This document shows, piece by piece, positions 25,640-38,365 of a stretch of 64,000 bases of DNA. Each line of letters opens with the position of its first letter. Position 1 is the first letter of the stretch. Source of the DNA: Octopus sinensis (lineage: Eukaryota); NCBI RefSeq assembly GCF_006345805.1, contig NC_043004.1, forward strand, positions 43,834,001 to 43,898,000. Direction: 5' to 3'. Made by a program: the position numbers and the translations under genes. The notes under the pieces were generated by a model. That model made no database searches, was not told where the DNA came from, and saw only the letters and a program-made list of their open reading frames with translations.

Positions 25640-26310
25640 TATATATACTATATAAAAATATGCATATATACATGCATATATGGGTACATGACATCAAAAA
25701 ACTTTGAACACATTGAGAAACGAAAACACGAAAACATAAAAATAAAAACATAGAAACGAACTTTTTTCGAACAACGAAAAAAACAGAGAAACGAAATATC
25801 CTACATAAAGAATATTCACCGTCTTTAGTTGTCTCCGTTTCATCTATTCTGCGTGCTGAAGGCAAGGACAATACTCAACTTTGTTAAAACAGTCCTTCCC
25901 GCAAAGCAAATTAAATACAATTTGGTATTTTTTGTGGAGGGTGAAAGTGGTAACAAGAACAGGTCAGTGAGTACAAAATAGTAAAAACAAATGGTGAGGG
26001 CTGTTAAGCCAAGACGATAGAAACATTATTATGAACGCGAGGAAGACGAGCTTATGAGAGGAGACAGTATAAACACGTGTAGTTTTTAGAAAGGTAATGT
26101 GCAAAAAGATAAATTCTCTTTCGTCACGTGTCAGCGGCGTGAGCGTGGAGGAGAGGAGTTAGAGAGGGAACGGTGAAGATGAGAGGAGAAGAGATAGTAA
26201 AGATAGAAGAGTGCTCCACACACCCGCACATATATGTATACATACGTACATACATACACACATACACACACACACACACACCACACACACACACACATAT
26301 ATATATATAT

Positions 26311-26541
26311 AACAAATTAATAAATAAAACATGCATATATACATACATATATGTACGTACCTACATCTAGATGCATATATACATGCATATTTGGTTACAG
26401 GACACCAAAAAAACGTCGAACACAATGAGAAACGAAAACATAAACAGAAAACCAAGGAAATGGACACTTTTCTTAAACAACGAAAAAAATAGAGTACAGG
26501 ACATGCAACACCCGGAATATTCCCCTTCTTCATATATATAT

Positions 26542-26572
<31 letters not shown>

Positions 26573-26794
26573 CTATAACAAATTAATAAATAAAACATGC
26601 ATATATACATACATATATGTACGTACCTACATCTAGATGCATATATACATGCATATTTGGTTACAGGACACCAAAAAAACGTCGAACACAATGAGAAACG
26701 AAAACATAAACAGAAAACCAAGGAAATGGACACTTTTCTTAAACAACGAAAAAAATAGAGTACAGGACATACAACACCCGGAATATTCCCCTTC

Positions 26795-26798
<4 letters not shown>
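26311..26798. repeat. Tandem duplication, period 266 bp, units joined by (TA)n
   Basis: 26311-26532 and 26577-26798 are near-identical. A diverged relative lies at ~25660-25820. Confidence 0.9.
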
Positions 26799-26836
<38 letters not shown>

Positions 26837-27044
26837 GTGAAATAGAAAGATGAATAATCTTGTAGTAGATTAATCAAAAGTTTAACCGATACCTTAGTAG
26901 CAAAAATCACAGCAGTAAACAGCACGGTTGTAGGTGCAACCATATGGTGTTGCAACCGTGCGTTGGTGCGGATAATTGAAATTAAAATATTATTGGTGAA
27001 TTGAAGAAATGGAGCTGAACGCAGATTGAACAGAAATCGTTTTA

Positions 27045-27134
27045 TTTCATTCTACACGTGTTTCGAAAGGCACAAATTACCAAAATCCGATTGAATAATG
27101 GGACCATATTGTGTCTTTCTCTTCAGGAAGAAAA
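27045..27134 (-). ncRNA. Type I HHR motif (mirror copy in left palindrome arm)
   Basis: Exact reverse complement of 27310-27399. Confidence 0.75.
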
Positions 27135-27309
27135 TAGGAAATCCGTTGGAAAAAACAAAAACAGAACAGAGGCGGAGCAAAAACAAATCGAACTAGGCTC
27201 CTAAGGGCCCATGGCGAAACTCAGTTTCGCCATGGGCCCTTAGGAGCCTAGTTCGATTTGTTTTTGCTCCGCCTCTGTTCTGTTTTTGTTTTTTCCAACG
27301 GATTTCCTA

Positions 27310-27399
27310 TTTTCTTCCTGAAGAGAAAGACACAATATGGTCCCATTATTCAATCGGATTTTGGTAATTTGTGCCTTTCGAAACACGTGTAGAATGAAA
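27310..27399 (+). ncRNA. Type I HHR motif with canonical core
   Basis: CTGAAGA 27318-24. Stem II GAAAGaCACAA/TTGTGcCTTTC (10 bp, 1 mismatch) with a 33-nt loop. GAAA 27380-83. Palindromic ACACGTGT stem III. Cleavage GUA after 27391. Bulged stem I. Confidence 0.75.
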
Positions 27400-27448
27400 T
27401 AAAACGATTTCTGTTCAATCTGCGTTCAGCTCCATTTCTTCAATTCAC

Positions 27449-27481
<33 letters not shown>

Positions 27482-27483
27482 CT

Positions 27484-27516
<33 letters not shown>

Positions 27517-27852
27517 TAGAAGGAGAGGGAGAGAGACAAACAGACAGACAAACCGAAAGAAAGAAAGAAAAAAAGAAAGAAAGAAGGAAAGAATGAGCAT
27601 CTCAGCTGCTCCACTCTCGAACAAATAATATGGTTAGGATCAATGGAGGCGAAAAGAGAGATCCAAACAAGAACTAGATTGGTACGCATTTTAAACAAAA
27701 GAAATTAGAACAACATACGTACTGACGTGCACAAGATGACATACGCCGCCCGATCGGAAATCCGAATACACGCGCTTATAAGTTCGTGCCAAACATACCT
27801 ATCAAGGGAATCACTTGGTTTTACATTATACAATGTTGAAATAAAATAAAAC

Positions 27853-28271
27853 GGATTTTTTCGGTTTGAACGGCAGTTTTTAACACAATTTCTAGGTAAC
27901 TAAACACTTTTAAACTTCGTATACTGGTCGACTGTGTTTATAAAACATCTTTTTCTCTTGGCTTTATTGAGAAAATTCTATAGTTTGTAAGATATTTGTT
28001 GCTGTTTCTCTTCAATTTCTGTAATTTCAACCAATCAATGACGTCTATTGAGGTAAAAAAAAACATTCTGTGAGGTATGAATATGTCACTCGTTTAAAAA
28101 ACAGATTGGATTTATTTACATTTGTGAAGAAACAAGATAACCTTCCCCCCATCCCTAACCCTAACCCTAAAACAGATTGAAATGCAATAGATCGATAATA
28201 GGGTCATAATTATGGTTGACAATTTCATATGACACCGCTAGAAAAAAATGCCGTTGAAACCGAAATGATTG
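27853..28271 (-). mobile_element. MITE copy 6 (TTAGGG-bearing)
   Basis: TIRs; TSD AATAAAAC/TATAAAAC (7 of 8). Confidence 0.85.
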
Positions 28272-28279
28272 TATAAAAC

Positions 28280-29640
28280 AATATGTGTCATATCACAATA
28301 CATCAAATTGTTTGGATGTTGGTACCTCAAATGTGTACTTCCATGGGGATTTCATTTCTCGTGACTATATTTTCCGTGAATCTTTTCCTAGGCTGGTTAA
28401 CATATTCGACATTTTTTCTTTTTACCAGGAATATCATTCTCCCAATTTGTTTAATAATTACACTGTCCCCCTAGCTTTCCTTACCATATCTTTAGGCTTT
28501 GTTTTACAGTGTGACTTTTTATGACCTATCTTACCACACTTGAAGCACTTTATATTTTTAAATGAACAGTTACTTTTAACATGCAGACCACCGCATCCAT
28601 AACATGGATTTGGTCTTGAAATTTTTCTTAGTCGATACCGGTTGACAAGCATTAATATGAGAACAATCTTTCTCTTCAATATTACATGTCATGTGGTTGA
28701 TTTATAATCATCTGACATTCTTCTGCTACTGTCTGTAGAGTTAATATTTGGTCCTGTTAAAATTTTGTTAATATTCGAGAACGTATATCTGCATCTTTGC
28801 TTGCTGTAAGGCCTTCAAGAAAAACTGAACACTTGAACATGTCCGGGGTAAACATATTCAATTTGAATTGCTCACACTCTATGTTAACCTCTCCGGCATA
28901 AGGGACGAACACTTCGTCAACTTTTTTGACCAAATTTAAATATTGCCAGCGAGTAATATACCGATAATTCTTTCACAGAAACTTTTCGATAAAAAATTGG
29001 TTCATGGAAACAAATCCCACCTGATTTCTTTGGCAAAATATAGTTTCTATATTTTTCGTGTTCGGTAGGAGATAATTTTCCTAAAAGTAGTCGTACATTT
29101 TTCCTCGGCGGACCAACTTTTATACTCTCCTTTGAAGATTTCTACGCATCTTCGAAAATAGATAGAAAAGGAAATCCCATCTTCTGGATTATAGCTGAAT
29201 TCTTCAATTGAGTTTGCTATGCTGTCTGGCGAGTACGAACCGGAAGTATTTTCAGACGTCTTCAAACATTAATTCCAGCAACTGTTGGTTTTGTTCTTGT
29301 TGCTGACGTAGTTGCTGCTGCTGTTGCTGATGCAGTTGTTGCTGTTCCTGCTCCTGTTGCTTTTGTAACGGCACCATGGTGGCTAAAAAATCTTCCGTGC
29401 GAAAACGATTGTTTTTCTTTGGTTTCGTACCAAACAAAAAGAACTCGTTGCAATTTTATAATCTGCTGTTGTGTTAATAATTTAAAGAGGCAAGAAGGAA
29501 AGTAATTATTTTCACGAAGCAATACAATCACTATTACTTGAGACTCGTCGTTCTAAATCAACAGCTCACACTGAGCTCCTTTACAAATCCGAACTCCCAC
29601 TCGCTCACAGTTCTTTATTTTATAACAATGGGCCAGTTCA
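28280..29640 (-). mobile_element. Internally deleted, decayed Ty3/Gypsy element (gag plus the extreme end of pol)
   Basis: Gag-like segments NSIEEFSYNPEDGISFSIYFRR and DMFKCSVFLEGLTASKDADIRSRIL. Zinc knuckles CYGCGGLHVKSNC and CFKCGKIGHKKSHC. Then pol-end-like GKES*GDSVIIKQIGRMIFLV. Confidence 0.7.
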
Positions 29641-29814
29641 ATTCTAGTCCCTTGGAGATGGTCGGAATACTACCATAAAAATGCCTATGTTCCTGAAAAC
29701 TCCATATAATGCAATTGGGTTAGTAATATAACTACAAAAATAACCGCAAACATATACACAAGATATCTTTTTAACACAGCAAGGAAAATAGTATACAGTG
29801 TACGCTGTATTTTT

Positions 29815-30292
29815 CGAGGTGTGATCAATAAGTATTGGGAATGTTACCATGGTAATGAAGCTAAAGCATGCAGAGTAGAGCTGCTTGGTAAATAGTAACC
29901 TTGAACTTTGTTGTGGATGCACATTAAGTTTTAATCTTCTGGCTCACTTACGCTGTTTACAGCAGTGCTTAGAAGTAAGGTGTGTAGCGTGTGATCGTCG
30001 CATTGACCATGACTGAGAACATAGTTATGCAAATACCTGGTCACAAGCCTACCCAAAGTTGCTGAAAGAGTATGGAGAGGTCTCTGGGCAGGTATCGCCA
30101 AGGTTTTGGCTAAATTTGACATAAATTCTCTGCTCAAACATTCTGTGTCTTAGTAATGAGATACTCATACGCTACAGGCAAAAATAAGCGTGTATGCACA
30201 ACAGATTTCAAGGTCAATTTGTGCTCAGTAGATTCACTTTGTGTGCTTCATCTTCGTTACCATGGCAAAATCCCGATACTTATAGATCACAT
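29815..30292. mobile_element. Mariner-type MITE / deletion derivative
   Basis: Left end cgaggtgtgatcaataagtattggga...ccatggtaatgaag; right end reverse complement atgtgatctataagtatcggga...ccatggtaacgaag. Confidence 0.65.
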
Positions 30293-30309
30293 ATATACAT
30301 GTATGTATG

Positions 30310-30470
<161 letters not shown>

Positions 30471-30476
30471 ACATAT

Positions 30477-30890
30477 GCACTTTTACTAATTCACTTGTTT
30501 CAGTCATTGACTGCGGCCATGCTGGAGCACCGCATTTAGTCGAACTAATCGATCCCAGGACTTATTGTTTGTAAGCCTAGTACGTATTCTATTGGTCTCT
30601 TTTGCTGAACCGCTAAGTTACGGGGAGGTAAAGACACCAGCATCGGTTGGCAAGTGATGTTGGGGGGACAAATAGACACACAGACATACACACAGACACA
30701 CACACAGGTATACATGTACATAGATACGACAGGTTTCCTTCAGTTTCTGTCTACCAAATACACTCGCAAGGCTTTGGTCGGACCGAAGATATAGTAGAAG
30801 ACACTTGCCCAAGGTGCCACGCAGTGGGTCTGAACTCGGAACCATGTGGTTGGTAAGCAAACTACTTATCACGCAGCTACTCCTACGCCT
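30477..30890 (-). mobile_element. SINE family A
   Basis: Full body match. Confidence 0.85.
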
Positions 30891-31360
30891 ATATATATAT
30901 CAATATGTGTCTGTGTGTGTGTGTGTATGCGTGTTTGTGTGTGTGTTTGTGTGTTTTTCTACATATATACACCTATATATTCTTTTTTAAAGGACCGTAA
31001 ATGTTAACCATTCAGAATGAACGATAAACGAAATGGAGAAAGCAACGCATAGGTAAATATTGTTCGAGGCATTATGGATTATATTTTGAGAATTTTGATC
31101 GTGCTTGTGAAAGCCCTCTGAGAGGGTTTTCCGCCAGAGTTTTGAAAATATTACTAAATCAAGATTAGATTTCCTAGCTTATACCTCACTACTAGCAGTA
31201 CACTGATTTTTTTCCCCAGGATTTCTGTTTCTTTCATCTATAATACCACTATTACAGAGATTATAGAAGGAAGGACTTTATCAATCATGACTGACAATGC
31301 CTTTTAGTTGTTAATGATTTACACGCGATAAACAGGTACTTTTCTTTCTATAGTTGTAAC

Positions 31361-31396
<36 letters not shown>

Positions 31397-31859
31397 ATAT
31401 ATATATATATATATAATATATATATATATATATTTAAATCAATGTGTCTATTTATCTTTTGGACTCATTGTCTGTCATTTCTAAAGATCAATAAGGAAAG
31501 TTCAGTAAGACGATGAAAAAGATGAAAAAGAAAACCCTGTAATCATAGATTCTTAGATAACGTCATACATACAGAAAAGACTAAATAAATATATACATGC
31601 GGTAAAACCTAGATAAAAACCGTTCACATACATACATGGTAAGAATTATTTATATACGTGTGTATGTACGTGTTTGTGCGTGTCTGTATATATATATGTA
31701 TGCATGCAAATACACACACATACACACACACACACCACACACACACACATACACAAACACACACACACACACATATATATATAATTTATGTGCGGTACGT
31801 GTAATCAATAGCACTTTCATTATCTGTTTTCTCTCCCTCTCTTTGTCTGTGCGTGTGCG

Positions 31860-31904
31860 TGTATCTGTATATATATATATATATATTATATATATATATA
31901 TATA

Positions 31905-31935
<31 letters not shown>

Positions 31936-32120
31936 TCACTTATTTATTTATATATTTATATATAAATATATATATAAGTATATATACATATATATAAATA
32001 TATATATAAGTATATATACATATATATATATATATATACATGAATATATATATGTATATATATATATATACATATATACATATACGTATATAAGTATATA
32101 TACATATATACATATATATA

Positions 32121-32151
<31 letters not shown>

Positions 32152-32307
32152 TCACTTATTTATTATATATTTATATATAAATATATATATATAAGTATAT
32201 ATACATATATATACATATATATAAATATATATATATGTATATATATATATATTATATATATATATATTCACTTATTTATTATATATTTATATATAATATA
32301 TATATAT

Positions 32308-32404
<97 letters not shown>

Positions 32405-32410
32405 TATGTG
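31860..32410. repeat. Long interrupted (TA)n with a higher-order TTCACTTATTTATT unit x3
   Basis: Unit at ~31936, ~32151 and ~32267. Confidence 0.9.
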
Positions 32411-33529
32411 TTTGTAGTGCGTGTGCGTGCACCACTTGTGTATAATACACTACACATACAAAAAAACACACTTTTATTTACGATACGTTCTCAGTTATTT
32501 CAAAAATAACTCGGATAATTGTAGAGTGTTCCAATTCATATATTCCTTTATTTAGTTCTTTAATGAATTATTATGAACAAGAAAGCCAGTATTCATGAAC
32601 GAATATGCCAGTATAACTGAAAACATATCATGAATGAATATAGTATTCCGAACGTTTCTCTTCTAATTCTTGTTACTGTTTTCTTCTTCAACATATTTTA
32701 TCGGTTATTTCTTGTATCGTCCTCCGTTCTTTTCTTATCAATTTGTTTGATAGTTTTCTTCATCATATATCATACCCAGTATAATCTCTCACAGATTCTT
32801 ATATTATCTCTTATACAAAACATAAGTGTATTTGCGTCGAGATCAATTTCTGTTATGGCATATTGAAGACGATCAACCTTTTATAGGCTCAGCACCTTAA
32901 TCTGTAATGATTGGTCGCTTTACCTCTCATGTGAATTCCGAACATTGCTTCAGTCCTGTACTTTGACTGGTTGAGCATTGCGCAGGATTTGGATCGAAGA
33001 CCCAATCACATTGCGCGTGATTCCTGAAGGAATTAATCTGAATGCACTCTGGAGCCTATCCGCTTCCTATAAATTGATGTAACAAAATCATCTATGAGGA
33101 GGGTGAGCATTTTTTAACGGTGCGCGTGGAGCCAACGACGGTCCGATCTGTATTATCCAAACGATGGATGAACCCTATAACCACCAGAAATCGTGATGTT
33201 TTTATTTGGTCCGCTGTACTGTTTAACGGAGGAGTAAAGTCTCGCTGTTATATTTGAAGTTCGTTTCTTGTATTGTTTCCACGAGTCAACAAGCATCATA
33301 TGTTATATAATGGTATGCAAGATTCCGTAGTAAAACCAAAGGAGGCTTTATACAACGCCATTAAATATTTATTGCCAAATGTATATCAGCAGTTACTTTA
33401 TTCAAAAGTAATTACGAAAGCATTGAAATAAGCTCATAAAAATTGCAAGGTCAGCAAATCCACAGTAATAACACGATGATATTTTGTAAAGTACATCGTA
33501 GCCTATTATATTTTCTTCGACTGAACTTC

Positions 33530-34733
33530 GTTTTAATCACTTAATATCTTTAGAGGAATATCATACAAATTGCATCAATTATAAAGGCAATATTACACGT
33601 TAAATTTGATAATGCGCTTAATTCAACGCCTAGTTTACTGTGATTTCTTTAACTTTACGATTCACTCGTGAAAGAGAGAAAAACGGCGTAGTCTCTTGAT
33701 ATTATTAGTGAGATAATTAAAACACAACTGGACATTTTTGGATGGTGAAGGACGTAATATAAGAACAGGTTTGATGCAATAAAAGGAAATATAACTATAC
33801 CTCCGAAAGTCAATGCCGCTCACACCTCAGAAATACAGTCGTGGTCCTGATAACTAGAATGAACACCGTGACACAAGTGTGATTTTTAACATAAAGGAGA
33901 TTGGGTGAGAAGCTTTAATTAGGTTTGCTGTTAAATAAATACGTTGACATATCGAAATCTGTTACATAATGTAATGATGTTAAGTTTATAAATGTGAAAT
34001 TTCCACCGGATCTTCTTTGTTTCATTTCTTGATTTTTTTTACAATAGGTATTATAGTGAAATAATTTTCTGCATTAACATAATTATAATTAGGGTCCATA
34101 GTAGTCCATAAAATACACCCATAGGTTTTAATCACTTATATCTTTAGAGGAATATCATACAAATTGCATCAATTATAAAGGCAATATTACACGTTAAATT
34201 TGATAATGCGCTTAATTCAACGCCTAGTTTACTGTGATTTCTTTAACTTTACGATTCACTCGTGAAAGAGAGAAAAACGGCGTAGTCTCTTGATATTATT
34301 AGTGAGATAATTAAAACACAACTGGACATTTTTGGATGGTGAAGGACGTAATATAAGAACAGGTTTGATGCAATAAAAGGAAATATAACTATACCTCCGA
34401 AAGTCAATGCCGCTCACACCTCAGAAATACAGTCGTGGTCCTGATAACTAGAATGAACACCGTGACACAAGTGTGATTTTTAACATAAAGGAGATTGGGT
34501 GAGAAGCTTTAATTAGGTTTGCTGTTAAATAAATACGTTGACATATCGAAATCTGTTACATAATGTAATGATGTTAAGTTTATAAATGTGAAATTTCCAC
34601 CGGATCTTCTTTGTTTCATTTCTTGATTTTTTTTTACAATAGGTATTATAGTGAAATAATTTTCTGCATTAACATAATTATAATTAGGGTCCATAGTAGT
34701 CCATAAAATACACCCATAGGTTTTAATCACTTA
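33530..34733. repeat. Near-identical tandem duplication, period 595 bp
   Basis: GTTTTAATCACTTA at 33530, 34125 and 34720; units differ only by ~2 single-base indels. Confidence 0.95.
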
Positions 34734-34789
34734 TAATCTCCATTGTTTAATAATGAATTTTCAAAGAATGGTTTAAGTCATTGTGTATA

Positions 34790-35000
34790 TTGGTTTCAAA
34801 TTTCGGCACATGGACAGCAATTTCGGTGGAGAGAGTAAGTCGATTGTTCCAACTTTAGTGTTGATATGGTACTTATTTTATGGAATCCGAAACGTTAAAG
34901 ACTAAGATGAGTCCTTAGGAATTTGAACGGATATCGTAAAGACAGATGAAATACCACTGCGCATATTGGCCGACGTGCTAACGATTCTGCCAGTTCGTGG
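34790..35000 (-). mobile_element. SINE family B, degenerate
   Basis: gaatttgaac...cgtgctaacgattctgccag. Confidence 0.6.
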
Positions 35001-35044
35001 GGTAAAAGCTGAGTATATATTTTTTATTGTTTTACCTCTTTCAG

Positions 35045-36471
35045 TCAATGTTTTGGTGTTCTGCCATTTCAATGTTAACGAAACGCGTGTACATTATATA
35101 TCATGGTATATTTCACAATATTCATTAGTTTTAATGTCTGGTTGACCCTCCTTTAGCATCAATTACCGCTTTTACACTGTACTCTACATATGCAATCAAT
35201 TATGAGTAAAATTAGCTTGTGTTTCCGTGATTATTTCAGAGTTTTATGCTAAAATACGTTGTAGATACATTTAATAAACAGTAAAATGCTTAAAACAAGG
35301 GAGTTGAGTGAGTGTGAGCGAGGTCAAATCGTAGCTCATCATGAAGATGGAATGTCTCAAAGGCAAACTGGTCAGATGAAATGTTCTCGATGTGCGGTGC
35401 AAACGACTCTCAAACGCTTCAGAAAGGCAAAAGATGTGAAGACAATACACATAGCAAAAATGGTTACATCATCTCGTGATAACAGATCCATCATCCGCAA
35501 GTCGCTCAGAAACGACAAAAACATCGTCTGCGCTTTCAGCGGATTTCAACGAGGCAAGTACTTCACAAATATCAACCAGAACTGTTAGAAGAAGGCTCGT
35601 AGAGTACTGTCTGAAAGGATGTAAAGCCATTCGTTTCTGAAGCGAATATGGAAAAACGTCTTCCGTGGGCCAAAAACCAATGAACTTGGACCAGTGAGCA
35701 ATGGTCGAAAGCAATATGGTCTGATGAAAGTAACTATGAGTTAAGATAGTACATGGATTCAATCAACATATAAACTTAATGTAACAGGTTTGTTGCCCAA
35801 AATATACTTTTAAAAAAGTATCCAACATAAAGCTGATATTAACTCTCATGCATTTACTCAGGTTTTCGGTACATCTGGTGCAACTTTCGTGCGTCGCAGA
35901 GTTGGGGAAGCATTTAAAGCTGAATAAATATGGGGATGGTTCTACCATGGTCTGCCACAGGACCCGGAGAAATGTTCTTATGACAGCTACCTATGTTTCT
36001 ATGTTATCGGATGTTTTAGACACATCAATTGCTAAACTGCAACCAGGAGTGTTGAAAAACCGTGATACCTTTTAATAGGACAACGCTCTATGTCATACAG
36101 CAAATAATTCTCGTCAATAGTTTGAGACACAGGGACTAGCTAGCTGAAAGACCCAATCTAAATCCGATCGAACATCTATAGGGAACGCTTGGTGCAGCTA
36201 TCAAGAACACAGCAATAAAAAACAAAGAGAATTTGTACAAAACGTTGAGAGAAAAATGGAGTAAAATTGCTCCTACCACCTGCAAGAAACTAGTTGATTC
36301 AATGCCTAACACTATAAAAGCAGTAACTGATGCTAAAGGAGGATCGACTAGCTATTGAAACTAAGGAATATTGTGAAAAATACCATAAACTACCATGTGC
36401 ACGAGTTTCATTAACATTAAGATAGAAACCAAAAACATTGAGGTGTCCAAATACTTTTGGCCAAAGCTGTA
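35045..36471 (+). mobile_element. Decayed Tc1-family transposon with long TIRs
   Basis: Right TIR ends ...ttttggccaaagctg+TA (36469-71). Left TIR remnant 35045-35180 is the reverse complement of 36310-36445. Confidence 0.85.
35286..36358 (+). pseudogene. Tc1 DDE transposase pseudogene
   Basis: N-terminal ELSECERGQIV HTH; WSDES; QDNALCHTA-like; PNLNPIEH; ends DAKGGSTSY*. Multiple frameshifts and stops. Confidence 0.85.
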
Positions 36472-36544
36472 TATAGGGATTCTTATGAAAACGTTGATTA
36501 TTAACGTAAAACTATGTCATCCGCTGGGAATAGTTTTAAGTATA

Positions 36545-37480
36545 ACATATTCTTTTTAACTCTAAGCACAGGGGAAGAAATTTTGTGAAGGGGGCCAGTC
36601 CTTTTAGATTGACACCAGTACGCAATTGGTACTTAATTTATCGACCCCGAAAGGATGAAAGGCAAAGTCAACCTTAGTGGAATTTGAACTCAGAAAGTAA
36701 AGACAGACGAAGTACCTATTTCTTTACTACCCACAAGGGGCTAAACACAGAGAAGACAAACGAGAACAGACAAACGGATTAAGCCGATTACATCGGCCCC
36801 AGTGCGAAACTAGTACTAAATTTAGCGACCCCAAAAGGATTAAAAGCAAAGTCGACCTCGGCGGAATTTGAACTCAGAATGTAACGGCAGACGAAATACG
36901 GCTACGCATTTCGCCCGGCGTGCTAACGTTTCTGCCAGCTCGCCGCCTTATGCACAAAAACTATTCTTTTCTAATGTAGGCACAAGGCCCGAAATTTTGG
37001 GGGAGGGGCCAGTTGATTACATCGACGCCAGTACGCAACTGGTACTTAATTTATCAACCACGAAAGGATGAACGGCAAAGTCGACCTCGATGGAATTTGA
37101 ACTCAGAACGTAGAGGCAGAAGAAATACTGCTAAGTATATCGCCCGGAGTACTGACACTTCTGTCAGCTCGCCATCTTAAAAAAGGATGAAAGACAGAGT
37201 CAATCTCGGTGGAATTTGAACGCAGAACGCAGCGGCAGACGAAATACCTATTTCTTTATTAACCACAAGGGGTTAAACTCAGAGAAGACAAACAGGTACA
37301 TACAAGCAGATTAAGTCGATTAACTCGACCCCAGTGCCTAACTTACTTATTTAATCGACCACGAAAGGATGAAGGGCAAAGTCGACCTCGGCGGAATTTG
37401 AACTCAGAACGTAGCGGCAGACGAAATACCGCTAAATATTTCGCATGGCGTGCTAACGCTTCAACCAGCTCGCCGCCTTA
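36545..37480 (-). mobile_element. Head-to-tail cluster of five SINE B modules
   Basis: B-box complement GAATTTGAAC at 36680, 36864, 37093, 37212 and 37394, all in the same orientation. Confidence 0.85.
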
Positions 37481-37963
37481 AGCATGACAAATATTGCAAT
37501 ACTTATGCACATACACGATGCACATTATACGAAATTGTATTTTTAAAGATGGTTTCTGTATTTAGAGGAATAAAATTTAAAGAAAAAAAAATACTTTAAG
37601 GAGTAATTTAAAGTGCATGTCAAATTTATAACAGAATCGCTACTGTGATTTTTGCTGACAAAATCTTCAAAGCATTATGCAAATAGAACTGAAGAAATGC
37701 ATACAAATGAGTAAGGTTTTGCTAATTGAAATATACGGATAAACATAAATTACAGGAATCACTGAAGCACATCTTATTTTTGAAGCATTTTTTTTTTGAT
37801 CCGTGATCAAAATTACTTTTGACTTCGTTGCTTCTTGCTGTTGAATTTTTTCCTTTGATTTGGGAATATATATCCATCTATTAAATGACCTTTAAACCTT
37901 TCAGCCATATTATAACCTGATATTATATTGCTTCTGATAGAGTATATATATATACATACATAA

Positions 37964-38054
<91 letters not shown>

Positions 38055-38069
38055 CACACACACACATAT

Positions 38070-38225
38070 AGAGTAGCTGTCTGGTAAGTAGCTTCCTTAC
38101 CAACCACATGGTTGTGGGTTTAATCCCGCTGCGTGGCATCTTTGGCAAATGTCTTCTACCCTACCCTCGGGCCGACCAAAGCCCTGTGAGTTTATTTGGT
38201 AAACGGAAACTGAAAGAAGCCCGTC

Positions 38226-38276
<51 letters not shown>

Positions 38277-38365
38277 TGTGTGTGTGTATATGTTAATGTG
38301 TCTGTTTGTCCCTCCTTCATCGCTTGACAACCGATACTGGTGTGTTTATGTCCCCGTCATTTAGC
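38070..38365 (+). mobile_element. SINE family A (3' truncated)
   Basis: Head and body match. Confidence 0.8.

Larger units (their letters stand above)
26987..27457. repeat. Perfect 471-bp palindrome (235-bp arms, centre 27222)
   Basis: No mismatch found by eye; centre gaaact-c-agtttc. Confidence 0.9.

Noticed and set aside
27600-27800. Possible exon or Gypsy 3' LTR
   Set aside because: No similarity to the putative 5' LTR region (~29560-29640) and ambiguous splice signals.
36545-37480. CRISPR-like repeat-spacer periodicity
   Set aside because: Repeats are long diverged SINE modules with homologous, not unique, spacers; eukaryotic context and no cas genes.
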